Source: an uncultured Planctomycetia bacterium
GTDB taxonomy: Bacteria > Omnitrophota > Gorgyraeia > Gorgyraeales > Gorgyraeaceae
Direction of reading: 5' to 3'
Assembly: GCA_964479825.1 (NCBI GenBank)
Contig: CAYZNX010000001.1
Span: forward strand, 1 to 43,253
Length of the DNA: 43,253 bases
The notes under the pieces were generated by a model. It was given only the letters and a program-made list of their open reading frames with translations, was not told the origin of the DNA and ran no database searches. Below, piece after piece: positions 17,670 through 26,087 of this stretch. A program made the translations under genes and the position numbers. How positions within the stretch are numbered: the stretch's first letter is position 1; every line of letters starts with the position of its first letter.

Positions 17670-18845
17670 GTGCTGTTTAGGAAATGTCGGACACTTCTAT
17701 TGATGGTATTGGCGGTGCCAGTTGTTCTTTTGGTACGCTTATTACAGCTGTTGGTGGTGATACGCTTCGGACCCCTGTGTAGTAACAGAATCGGCCATTT
17801 AGCTGCTGACACGGAGGTGTATCTATGCGAGCGTGATGCAGGTATACACGGCCGGCGGACCTTCGACATTTTTTATCACATCACGCCAATATGCAACCAC
17901 CAACTAAAGAAGATGTGGGAGAGGATTTTGTGCATTTTTCGCTTCGCCAAGTATTTGGATAGAGTCAACCGACTGATTCCTGGCAGTAAAAAACACACAA
18001 TTGGAATGCGCCTGAATACACACAGGGACATTCACACTCTGCTTAACCGTACTTCCCCGCATCTTTCTTTTACAACTGAAGAGGAACGGTTTGGCCAGAA
18101 TGAATTGCGAAAGTTAGGGATACCGAACGGTAAGGCCTTTGTCTGTTTTCATGGACGCGATTCAGCCTTTTTAGATACTACGCTTGCGAATAGAGATTGG
18201 AATTATCATAATTATCGTGATTGCAATATTCATAATTATATCCTAGCAGCAGAAGAATTAGTTCGCAGAGGGTATTTCACTATTAGGATGGGAGCTATTG
18301 TTAAAGAGCCATTACAAACCAGAAATCCGATGATTATTGATTATGCTGTAAATGGTAGAACAGATTTCCTCGATGTATACTTGGGTGCCAAGTGTCAATT
18401 TTTCTTTTGTGATACTGCAGGTATTTTTGCCATACCTACTATTTTTAGACGGCCGATAGCTTGGGTGAATTATATTCCACTTGAGCGTGCGCCTACTTGG
18501 GCAGCAAGTCATTTATTTATTCCTAAGAAACTCTGGTTGCGGAAGGACCATCGTTTTTTAACCTTTCGGGAGATACTTGGCTCTGAGATAGGAAGATTCT
18601 TACATAGCGAAAAGTATGAACAGTTGGGGATAGAAGTAATAGAGAATACGCCGGAAGAGATTACTGATGTTGTTGTGGAAATGGATGAGCGGTTAAAAGG
18701 CAGATGGCAGACGACTGAAGAGGATGAACAATTACAGCAGCGTTTTTGGGCACTTTTTAAGCCAAGCAAATTGAATCAGGTCTTTCTGTCGCGCATTGGC
18801 GCGAAGTTCCTGCGCCAAAATCGGGAGTTACTTGAAATAAGATAA
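17670..18845 (+). CDS. Putative glycosyltransferase resembling the uncharacterised TIGR04372-type family seen in O-antigen-like loci
   Basis: The N-terminal hydrophobic segment is followed by RIGHLAADTEVYLCERD, FVCFHGRDSAFLD...YHNYRDCNI and YLGAKCQFFFCDTAGIFAIPTIFRRP. The GTG at 17670 has GGAGGG at 17658-17663. The ORF track starts at 17418, but that extension reads through the repeat element. Confidence 0.5.
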   Translation: MLFRKCRTLLLMVLAVPVVLLVRLLQLLVVIRFGPLCSNRIGHLAADTEVYLCERDAGIHGRRTFDIFYHITPICNHQLKKMWERILCIFRFAKYLDRVNRLIPGSKKHTIGMRLNTHRDIHTLLNRTSPHLSFTTEEERFGQNELRKLGIPNGKAFVCFHGRDSAFLDTTLANRDWNYHNYRDCNIHNYILAAEELVRRGYFTIRMGAIVKEPLQTRNPMIIDYAVNGRTDFLDVYLGAKCQFFFCDTAGIFAIPTIFRRPIAWVNYIPLERAPTWAASHLFIPKKLWLRKDHRFLTFREILGSEIGRFLHSEKYEQLGIEVIENTPEEITDVVVEMDERLKGRWQTTEEDEQLQQRFWALFKPSKLNQVFLSRIGAKFLRQNRELLEIR

Positions 18846-18867
18846 AATCTTTGAATGAGATGAATCT

Positions 18868-20661
18868 ATGAAGGCATTAATTTTTATCCGGGATATTTTC
18901 AGAAAGTTTCCTTTTCTGCTTATTGCCAATACAGCGTTGATAGTTGGCGTAACTTTTTTTGGCGCCTGTTCCCTATTTACCATCAGCCCGATTGTTGATT
19001 TGTTTATTCATCCGGATCTTCAGGGAGTAAGCCCTCTTACCGCCAAGGCCATTGATATTCTGAGATTCTTTGGCGTGCCTGTAACGTTGGGCTGCTGGTT
19101 GTTTGTTCTCATAGCGTTTATTACCTTGAGCAGTGCCTTTCAGGTTTTTGCCAGACATTCGATCTTGAAGACTAAATATGCGGTATTGCGGGATATAATG
19201 CTGGGGACATTTGAGGATTTTTTTAATGCCAGCTGGCACTTTTTTAGTAGCGGTAAGCAGGGGGTGCTTCTTAATACCTTTACCCGTGAACTTACTGTTG
19301 TTGGTGATGCCTTTGGCGCCATGGCCTTGTTTTTTGCCAGTATACTGCAGATGATTTTCTTTATGGCGGTACCCTTTTATCTCTCCTGGCAGGTAACCGT
19401 TGTTAGCTTAGGCGTCGCCTTTTTATTTGCGTTACCGTTTATCTTACTGGGGAAGATTAGTTACCGATTAGGTATTTTGAATACTGCTACGGCTAATAAG
19501 ATCACCTCGGTTGTGCACGAAAATCTTAGTCTGGCAAAGGTTGTATTGGGGTTTGGTAATCAGCAGAAAAGCACCGATAAACTTGCCAGTGCCTTTGATG
19601 CCCATTGCCGGGTAACGCTTAAATCGCAGGTACTCAATATAGCAATCCCTGTACTCTATCGTCCTTTTGGCGTGATCATGGTGGTTATCGCATTGTTTAC
19701 GGCGCGTAGATTTGGCGTCCCTTTATCAGAAATAATGGTGTTATTGTTGGCCTTATTACAGGTTGCCCTTTCCATTGGTAATCTGACAGCACAAAAGAAC
19801 TCTCTAGAAAACTTCTTTCCCAGCTACGAACAGATTAAAAACCTGAAGGCTCGGGCTAAACAGTTGAAACAGACATCAGGATCCAGACAATTTAATGGTC
19901 TTACTCGCGAACTTCTTATCCAAGGGCTTTCTTTTGCATATCCAGGCCAGGGGCCAGTTGTAGTTGATATCAATGTGCGCATTCCAAAAGGGAAAATGGT
20001 GGCCCTGGTAGGGGAATCAGGAGTGGGAAAATCAACATTTATTGATTTGATAATGGGATTTCATCAGCCTACAGCAGGCAGGATTGTGTTTGATGACATT
20101 CCCTTGCAGGATTTTGACATCCATTCTTACAGGAGTGCTATCGGGTATGTGCCCCAGGACAGCGTTTTATTTAATATGTCCATTCGGGATAATATGCTGT
20201 GGGCTTACAGCTTAGCTACGGATAAGGATATCAGCGAGGCTTGCCGCCAGGCAAATGCTGATGAATTTATCAAGCAGTTACCCGAAGGTTACAATACACT
20301 GGTAGGAGACAGGGGCATTCGCTTATCAGGAGGCCAGATTCAGAGGCTTGCTTTGGCAAGGGCTATTTTACGAAAGCCTTCTCTTTTGATTCTGGATGAG
20401 GCGACAAGTTCCCTTGATACTTACTCCGAACGGCTCATTCAACAGGCGATTGAAAATATTGCGAAAGAAACAACGGTTATTGTTATTGCTCACCGGCTTT
20501 CTACGATTGCGAATGCAGACTATATATATGTGCTTAAAAAGGGCAGAGTCATAGAACAAGGTGGCTATTCAGACCTTATCCAGATGAATGGCTGCTTCAG
20601 CCAGATGGTGCAGCAGCAGGCATTGGAATATTCTGAGCCAGTTAAAGAGATTAAATCATGA
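18868..20661 (+). CDS. ABC exporter, fused permease and ATPase (MsbA/PglK-like), candidate lipid-linked glycan flippase
   Basis: About six N-terminal TM segments. Walker A is GESGVGKST, the signature is LSGGQIQRLALARA, and Walker B is LLILDEATSSLD. Confidence 0.85.
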   Translation: MKALIFIRDIFRKFPFLLIANTALIVGVTFFGACSLFTISPIVDLFIHPDLQGVSPLTAKAIDILRFFGVPVTLGCWLFVLIAFITLSSAFQVFARHSILKTKYAVLRDIMLGTFEDFFNASWHFFSSGKQGVLLNTFTRELTVVGDAFGAMALFFASILQMIFFMAVPFYLSWQVTVVSLGVAFLFALPFILLGKISYRLGILNTATANKITSVVHENLSLAKVVLGFGNQQKSTDKLASAFDAHCRVTLKSQVLNIAIPVLYRPFGVIMVVIALFTARRFGVPLSEIMVLLLALLQVALSIGNLTAQKNSLENFFPSYEQIKNLKARAKQLKQTSGSRQFNGLTRELLIQGLSFAYPGQGPVVVDINVRIPKGKMVALVGESGVGKSTFIDLIMGFHQPTAGRIVFDDIPLQDFDIHSYRSAIGYVPQDSVLFNMSIRDNMLWAYSLATDKDISEACRQANADEFIKQLPEGYNTLVGDRGIRLSGGQIQRLALARAILRKPSLLILDEATSSLDTYSERLIQQAIENIAKETTVIVIAHRLSTIANADYIYVLKKGRVIEQGGYSDLIQMNGCFSQMVQQQALEYSEPVKEIKS

Positions 20662-21683
20662 AGATGATAGCCAAGGATAAGGTATTTATTATAGCTGAGG
20701 CAGGAGTGAATCATAATGGTTCTGTTAAGATAGCAAAGAAGCTGATAGATGTAGCAGTTAACGCAGGCGTAGATGCAGTAAAATTTCAAATATTTAAAGC
20801 TGAGTCGCTTGCTTCCGCATATGCCCCGAAAGTTGATTATCAGAAAAAGAGGACAGAAGACAGCAAGACTCAACTTGAAATGCTTAAGAAATTAGAGCTT
20901 AAAGGCTGTGAGTTCAGAGAAATAGCAGCTTATGCAAAAAAGAGAAAAATTCTTTTCTTATCCTCACCTTTTGATAAAGAGAGCGTAGATGTGTTATGTA
21001 ACATCGGAGTTAAGGCCTTTAAAATAGCATCCGGGGAAATAACAAACCTACCTTTGCTTAAATACATAGCCGGGAAGGGAAAGCCAATTATCTTATCTAC
21101 TGGGATGTCTAATTTAAAAGAGATAAAGGAGGCATTAAAGGCGATTAGAAAAGAGGGCGTAAAGGATATAGTGTTACTGCACTGCGTTACAGGTTATCCT
21201 GCTAATGTTGAAGATGTGAACTTAAGAGCAATGGATACGATGAAGAGTTTTTTTAAATTACCACTCGGTTTTTCTGATCATACCGCAGGTTTTGCCGTTT
21301 CAATAGCAGCTGTGGCTTTAGGGGCGAGTGTAATAGAAAAACATTTTACATTGGATAAAAAGCTGCCGGGGCCGGATCACAAGGCATCCTTAGGGCCGGA
21401 TGAATTAAAGGAGATGGTAAAAGCTATTAGAAATGCGGAAAGGGCATTAGGGGATGGAATAAAGAAGCCAGCAGAAGAAGAAGAGAGTATCAAAAGGGTT
21501 GTTAGGAAAAGTATTGTGGCAAAGATTGATATACCCAGAGGTTTAAAGATTACAGATACAATGCTGGATATCAAGAGGCCTGGGACAGGTATTGAACCAA
21601 GATTCTTCAATAAGGTTATAGGGAAAAGGGCTAAAAGAGATATAGGAAAAGATACCCTGATTAAATTTAGGGATTTAACATGA
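20658..21683 (+). CDS. neuB: Nonulosonic acid synthase (NeuB/LegI/PseI family) with a C-terminal SAF domain
   Basis: IIAEAGVNHNGSVKIAKKLIDVAVNAGVDAVKFQ, GFSDHT and the C-terminal SIVAKIDIPRGLKITDTMLDIKRPGTGI are present. It is 341 aa. Confidence 0.85.
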   Translation: MKMIAKDKVFIIAEAGVNHNGSVKIAKKLIDVAVNAGVDAVKFQIFKAESLASAYAPKVDYQKKRTEDSKTQLEMLKKLELKGCEFREIAAYAKKRKILFLSSPFDKESVDVLCNIGVKAFKIASGEITNLPLLKYIAGKGKPIILSTGMSNLKEIKEALKAIRKEGVKDIVLLHCVTGYPANVEDVNLRAMDTMKSFFKLPLGFSDHTAGFAVSIAAVALGASVIEKHFTLDKKLPGPDHKASLGPDELKEMVKAIRNAERALGDGIKKPAEEEESIKRVVRKSIVAKIDIPRGLKITDTMLDIKRPGTGIEPRFFNKVIGKRAKRDIGKDTLIKFRDLT

Positions 21684-22822
21684 GAAAGATTTTATATATT
21701 TCCGGAACAAGGGCAGATTATGGTTTGATGAGGTCAACGCTTCTTCGTATTAAAAAGGATCCCAGATTGAATATAGAGATAGTGGCTACAGGTATGCATT
21801 TAATGAACGGATTCGGCAGGACCATAAACGATATCAAAAAGGATAATCTTAAAATTCATGTAATTAAAGCAGTATATAAAAATGATGACAGGGAATCAAT
21901 GAGTAATTTTATCGGGGAGTTTACTTTAAAACTTACAGAGAAAATCAAATATATTAAGCCGGATATCATCTTGATACTCGGTGATAGAGCTGAGATGTTA
22001 GGTGGCGCCATAGTCGGCGCATATTTAATGGTCCCCATTGTGCATATACATGGGGGGGAGGTAAGTTCTACAGTAGACGAGATTGCCCGTCATGCAATAA
22101 CCAAACTCTCCCATATTCACTTAGCAGCAACCCGAAAGGCCGCAGAGAGGATTATAAAAATGGGCGAAGATCCCTGGAGGGTCCGGGTAGTCGGGGCGCC
22201 AGGCTTGGAAGATATTTTACATAAAAAGCTGATTTCCCCAAAAGATATAGCAGAAAAATATAATCTGGATTTATCCAGGGCTTTTCTGCTAGTAATCCAG
22301 CATCCGGTATCTATTGACACTAAACAGGTATCTGAGCATATGCGCGAAACTATGGAAGCGGTAAAAGAACTCGGATACCAGGCAATTGTTGTCTATCCAA
22401 ACGCAGATAGTGGAGGCAGAGGGATGATAAAGGTTATTGAAAAATACAGGAAATACCCCTTTGTGCAGATATATAAGAATATAAGTCGCAGGGAATATCT
22501 TAGTTTAATGAATATAGCTGATGTGATAGTTGGAAATTCCAGCTCTGCTATTATCGAGGCGCCTTCTTTTTGTTTACCGGCTGTAAACATAGGAGCGAGG
22601 CAGGAAGGCAGAGAAAGGGCAGAAAATATTATAGATGTTAGTTATAATAAGGATGAAATAAAAAGAGCGATAGAAAAAGCTGTTTATGATACCGTATTTA
22701 AAAAGAGAGCGGAAAAATGCAAAACTTCATATGGAAACGGCAATACCAGCAATAAGATAGCACAGGCGCTCAGTAAATTAAAGATAAACAATAGGCTATT
22801 AAAGAAAAGGATAACTTATTAA
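21680..22822 (+). CDS. neuC: Hydrolysing UDP-sugar 2-epimerase (NeuC/LegG family)
   Basis: ISGTRADYGLM, LGDRAEMLGGAIVGAYLMVPIVHIHGGEVS and NSSSAIIEAPSF are present. Confidence 0.8.
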   Translation: MRKILYISGTRADYGLMRSTLLRIKKDPRLNIEIVATGMHLMNGFGRTINDIKKDNLKIHVIKAVYKNDDRESMSNFIGEFTLKLTEKIKYIKPDIILILGDRAEMLGGAIVGAYLMVPIVHIHGGEVSSTVDEIARHAITKLSHIHLAATRKAAERIIKMGEDPWRVRVVGAPGLEDILHKKLISPKDIAEKYNLDLSRAFLLVIQHPVSIDTKQVSEHMRETMEAVKELGYQAIVVYPNADSGGRGMIKVIEKYRKYPFVQIYKNISRREYLSLMNIADVIVGNSSSAIIEAPSFCLPAVNIGARQEGRERAENIIDVSYNKDEIKRAIEKAVYDTVFKKRAEKCKTSYGNGNTSNKIAQALSKLKINNRLLKKRITY

Positions 22823-22823
22823 T

Positions 22824-23249
22824 ATGAAAAAGAGATTCAAAAACTGGAAACCTCCGAGATTTGACAGGAACGACATGACCAAATGGCATTGGAAATGCCA
22901 GAATCATAAAAATCTGAAGATGGGGAAAGGCGTTGACGTAGGGGCATTTACATATCTCAATGCAAAACATGGAGTTGAGCTGGAGGATGATGTCCAGATT
23001 GGTTCTCATTGTTCGCTATATTCTATTTCCACCATTGATAATAAAAAAGGAAAGATTTTAATAAAAAAGAATGCTAAGTTAGGAACACATAGCGTTGTAA
23101 TGCCAGGGGTTACAGTAGGAGAAAATTCAATTATAGGTGCCTTTAGCTTTGTAAACAGGGATATCCCCTCTAATGTACTGGCATATGGGGTCCCCGCAAA
23201 AGTAATAAGAAGAGTAACAAGAGAATCAGCCAGGGATAAAAAATTATGA
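22824..23249 (+). CDS. Hexapeptide-repeat (left-handed beta-helix) acetyltransferase
   Basis: Hexapeptide-like repeats run through VQIGSHCSLYS...AKLGTHSVVMPGVTVGENSIIGAFSFV. The end YGVPAKVIR is typical of sugar N/O-acetyltransferases. Confidence 0.7.
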   Translation: MKKRFKNWKPPRFDRNDMTKWHWKCQNHKNLKMGKGVDVGAFTYLNAKHGVELEDDVQIGSHCSLYSISTIDNKKGKILIKKNAKLGTHSVVMPGVTVGENSIIGAFSFVNRDIPSNVLAYGVPAKVIRRVTRESARDKKL

Positions 23250-24376
23250 ACTGGAAAATACCCATGTTTAAAATTTACTGGGATGATGAGGATATAAAAG
23301 CTATCAATGAGATCGTTAAATCCGGCATGCAGTGGGCGGAAGGGGCAAGCATAAAGGAGTTCGAGGATAAGATTGCCGATTATCTAGGCGTTAAACATTG
23401 TTTGGTTTTTAATTCAGGTACTTCGGCTATGCACGCGCTCCTTCTAGCTTACGGTATCGGCAGAGGAGATGAAGTTATTGTCCCGTCGTTTACGTTTATT
23501 TCTACAGCCAATGCCCCTCTTTTTGTCGGTGCAAAACCAGTCTTTGCTGATATAGAAGAAGAAACATTTGGATTGGATCCTGAAGATGTGAGGAAGAAAA
23601 TCACGTCTAAAACAAAGGCTATAATCCCAGTTCACTATGGCGGTTGTCCTTGCAGGATAAGGGAATTAAAGAAGATTGCTAAGGAACATAATTTGATACT
23701 CATAGAAGATGCTGCGGAATCTTTTGGAGCTAAGATAAAGGATAAAAAGGTCGGAACCTTCGGAGATTCCGCGATGTTTAGTTTTTGTCAAAATAAGATA
23801 ATTACAACAGGAGAAGGCGGGGCAGCGGTAACGGATTCCAGAGAAATATATAAAAAACTTAAGTTAATAAGGTCTCACGGCAGATTAGAGACAGAAGATT
23901 ATTTCGCAACCGTAAAACCCCTGGATTACATTAGCCTGGGGTATAATTTTAGAATGCCAAGCGTTATAGCGGCTTTAGGAATTTCACAATTAGAGAAGGT
24001 AGATAATATTATTGAAATGCGAAGGAAAAATTCAGAATATTTAAGCGGTAAATTAACTAAAGAGGAGGGCCGGATAATACCTCCAAAACCTCCAGATGGA
24101 TATTTTCATGTGTATCAATTGTACACGATAAAAGTTAATAATAAATATAGAGACAGACTGATGAGCTACCTTGCTTCAAAGAATATTATGACTAAGGTAT
24201 ATTTTCAGCCTGCTCATCTGACTTATTTTTATAAAAATAAGCTCAAATATAAATGTAAATTGCCTGTTGCAGAAAGGGTTTCAAAAGAGGCGTTTACATT
24301 ACCTATCTACCCAACACTAAAAAGGAAGGAGATGGATTATATGGCAGAACAACTTAAAAGAGGAGTCTGGATATGA
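23246..24376 (+). CDS. DegT/DnrJ/EryC1-family PLP-dependent sugar aminotransferase (PglE/LegC/PseC-like)
   Basis: NSGTSAMHALL, IEDAAESFGA and FSFCQNKIITTGEGG (candidate catalytic lysine) are present. Confidence 0.85.
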   Translation: MNWKIPMFKIYWDDEDIKAINEIVKSGMQWAEGASIKEFEDKIADYLGVKHCLVFNSGTSAMHALLLAYGIGRGDEVIVPSFTFISTANAPLFVGAKPVFADIEEETFGLDPEDVRKKITSKTKAIIPVHYGGCPCRIRELKKIAKEHNLILIEDAAESFGAKIKDKKVGTFGDSAMFSFCQNKIITTGEGGAAVTDSREIYKKLKLIRSHGRLETEDYFATVKPLDYISLGYNFRMPSVIAALGISQLEKVDNIIEMRRKNSEYLSGKLTKEEGRIIPPKPPDGYFHVYQLYTIKVNNKYRDRLMSYLASKNIMTKVYFQPAHLTYFYKNKLKYKCKLPVAERVSKEAFTLPIYPTLKRKEMDYMAEQLKRGVWI

Positions 24377-25365
24377 AAAATTTATATGAGAATAAGACAA
24401 TACTTGTAACAGGAGGAGCCGGGTCAATCGGCAGAGCGCTTGTTAGAAAACTTTTATCCTACAATCCTAAGACCATCAGGGTGCTGGATATAAATGAGAC
24501 GGCGCTCTTTAATCTGGAACAGGAACTTGCATCGCGCACTATGAGATTTTTAGTTGGTGATATCAGGGATAAAGAAAGATTAATAAGGGCAGTGGAAGAT
24601 ATTGACATAGTATTTCACACCGCTGCCTTAAAGCATGTCCCTTTGTGTGAATCCAACCCCTTTGAAGCTGTCCAGACGAATGTATTGGGGACAAAGAATT
24701 TAATAGAGGCCGCTCTTCAGGAGGGTGTAGGAAAAGTTATAACAATAAGTACGGATAAGGCGGTTAATCCTATAAATGTTCTAGGCGCTTCTAAACTCCT
24801 GGCTGAAAGATTAACAATATCGGCTAATCTATACAAGGGCAAAAGAAAGACTGTTTTTTCCTGCGTAAGATTTGGAAATGTATTAAATTCTCAGGGGTCG
24901 GTATTGTCTGTTTTCAATGACCATATAAAAAAAGGCGGGCCTATAGAAATAACACATAAAGATATGACGCGATTTGTCATGAGCATAGATAAGGCCATTG
25001 AACTTGTGCTTAAGGCCGCTCAGATGTCCAAAGGCGGAGAGATATTTATACTCAAGATGCCGGCTCTGTGCGTAAAGGATTTGGCCGAGGCAATGATTAA
25101 AGAGCTGGCCCCTCGCTATGGAATTAAACCTGACAAAGTAAAGATGAAATTTATTGGAAAAAGAGATGGGGAAAAGATGCACGAAGAATTAATGAACGAG
25201 GATGAGGCAGCAATAGCATCTGAGACAGAAGATATGTATTGCTTTTTATCTTCCAACCTTAATGGTAGCGGCGGGAGGAAAAATACAAAAAGTTATCATT
25301 CAAGGAATAGCAGGTTAATGAATATTGAAGAGATCAGAGAGATGTTAAGAAAGGTTATGGATTAA
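24373..25365 (+). CDS. UDP-GlcNAc 4,6-dehydratase (PseB/LegB/FlaA1-type short SDR)
   Basis: ILVTGGAGSIGRAL, ISTDKAVNPINVLGASKLLAE and VRFGNVLNSQGSV are present. Confidence 0.8.
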   Translation: MKNLYENKTILVTGGAGSIGRALVRKLLSYNPKTIRVLDINETALFNLEQELASRTMRFLVGDIRDKERLIRAVEDIDIVFHTAALKHVPLCESNPFEAVQTNVLGTKNLIEAALQEGVGKVITISTDKAVNPINVLGASKLLAERLTISANLYKGKRKTVFSCVRFGNVLNSQGSVLSVFNDHIKKGGPIEITHKDMTRFVMSIDKAIELVLKAAQMSKGGEIFILKMPALCVKDLAEAMIKELAPRYGIKPDKVKMKFIGKRDGEKMHEELMNEDEAAIASETEDMYCFLSSNLNGSGGRKNTKSYHSRNSRLMNIEEIREMLRKVMD

Positions 25366-25369
25366 CGTT

Positions 25370-26080
25370 ATGCACAAAGGCAGTTCAATTTTAGCTACAG
25401 CGTGCGCCAGGGGGAATTCGAAAGGGCTCAAGAATAAAAACATAAGACTATTAAATAATAAACCGCTTATTTGTTATACACTCGATATTATAAAAGAAAG
25501 TACTATAGTTGATGATTATATAATTTCCACAGATAGCGACGATATAATAAAGATCGTAAAAGATTATGGTTTTGATGTGTATTTTAAAAGGCCAAGATAT
25601 TTGGCAGGCGATAAGGTCTCCCGCCTGGAGGCTGTAAGGCATGCCTGCTTATGGGCTGAAGATAATTTTAAGCGCAGGTACGATATTGTAGTGGATTTAG
25701 GGGTTTCCACGCCGTTAAAAACATCGGAAGATTTAGAAAATGCCGTGAAATTGCTTGTTAATGCAAAGGCGTCAAACGTCTTTAGTGTAACTCTCTCGAG
25801 GAGGAATCCTTATTACAACATGGTTGAGAAAACAGGGAATAGGGTGTCTTTGGTGAAGGCCTTAGGTAAAAAAATTATAGATAGAAGAGACGCCCCGGAA
25901 GTATATGATATGAACGACGGGATTTCTGCATGGAAGAGGGGTGTATTGTTTAGCAACATGCCCCAATTTAATAAGGACACAAAGATATATATTATGCCTA
26001 ATATACGAAGTATTGATATAGATGAGGAATTTGATTTTAATCTGGCTGAGTTTTTGATAAAGAGGACTGAAAAAAGGTAA
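25370..26080 (+). CDS. neuA: CMP-nonulosonic acid synthetase (acylneuraminate cytidylyltransferase family)
   Basis: ARGNSKGLKNKNIRLLNNKPLICYT is the family's N-terminal signature. It is 236 aa and ends the NulO module. Confidence 0.8.
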   Translation: MHKGSSILATACARGNSKGLKNKNIRLLNNKPLICYTLDIIKESTIVDDYIISTDSDDIIKIVKDYGFDVYFKRPRYLAGDKVSRLEAVRHACLWAEDNFKRRYDIVVDLGVSTPLKTSEDLENAVKLLVNAKASNVFSVTLSRRNPYYNMVEKTGNRVSLVKALGKKIIDRRDAPEVYDMNDGISAWKRGVLFSNMPQFNKDTKIYIMPNIRSIDIDEEFDFNLAEFLIKRTEKR

Positions 26081-26087
26081 ATCTTTT

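Noticed and set aside
15300-20661. A RiPP-like interpretation: the 62-aa ORF as a precursor peptide, with B12-radical-SAM enzymes, methyltransferases and the ABC exporter.
   Set aside because: The small ORF lacks an RBS and an ATG start, and it is better explained as a frameshifted continuation of the upstream gene. The ABC protein has no N-terminal C39 peptidase domain. No leader-recognition or protease genes are seen, and every flanking module is sugar-nucleotide metabolism.
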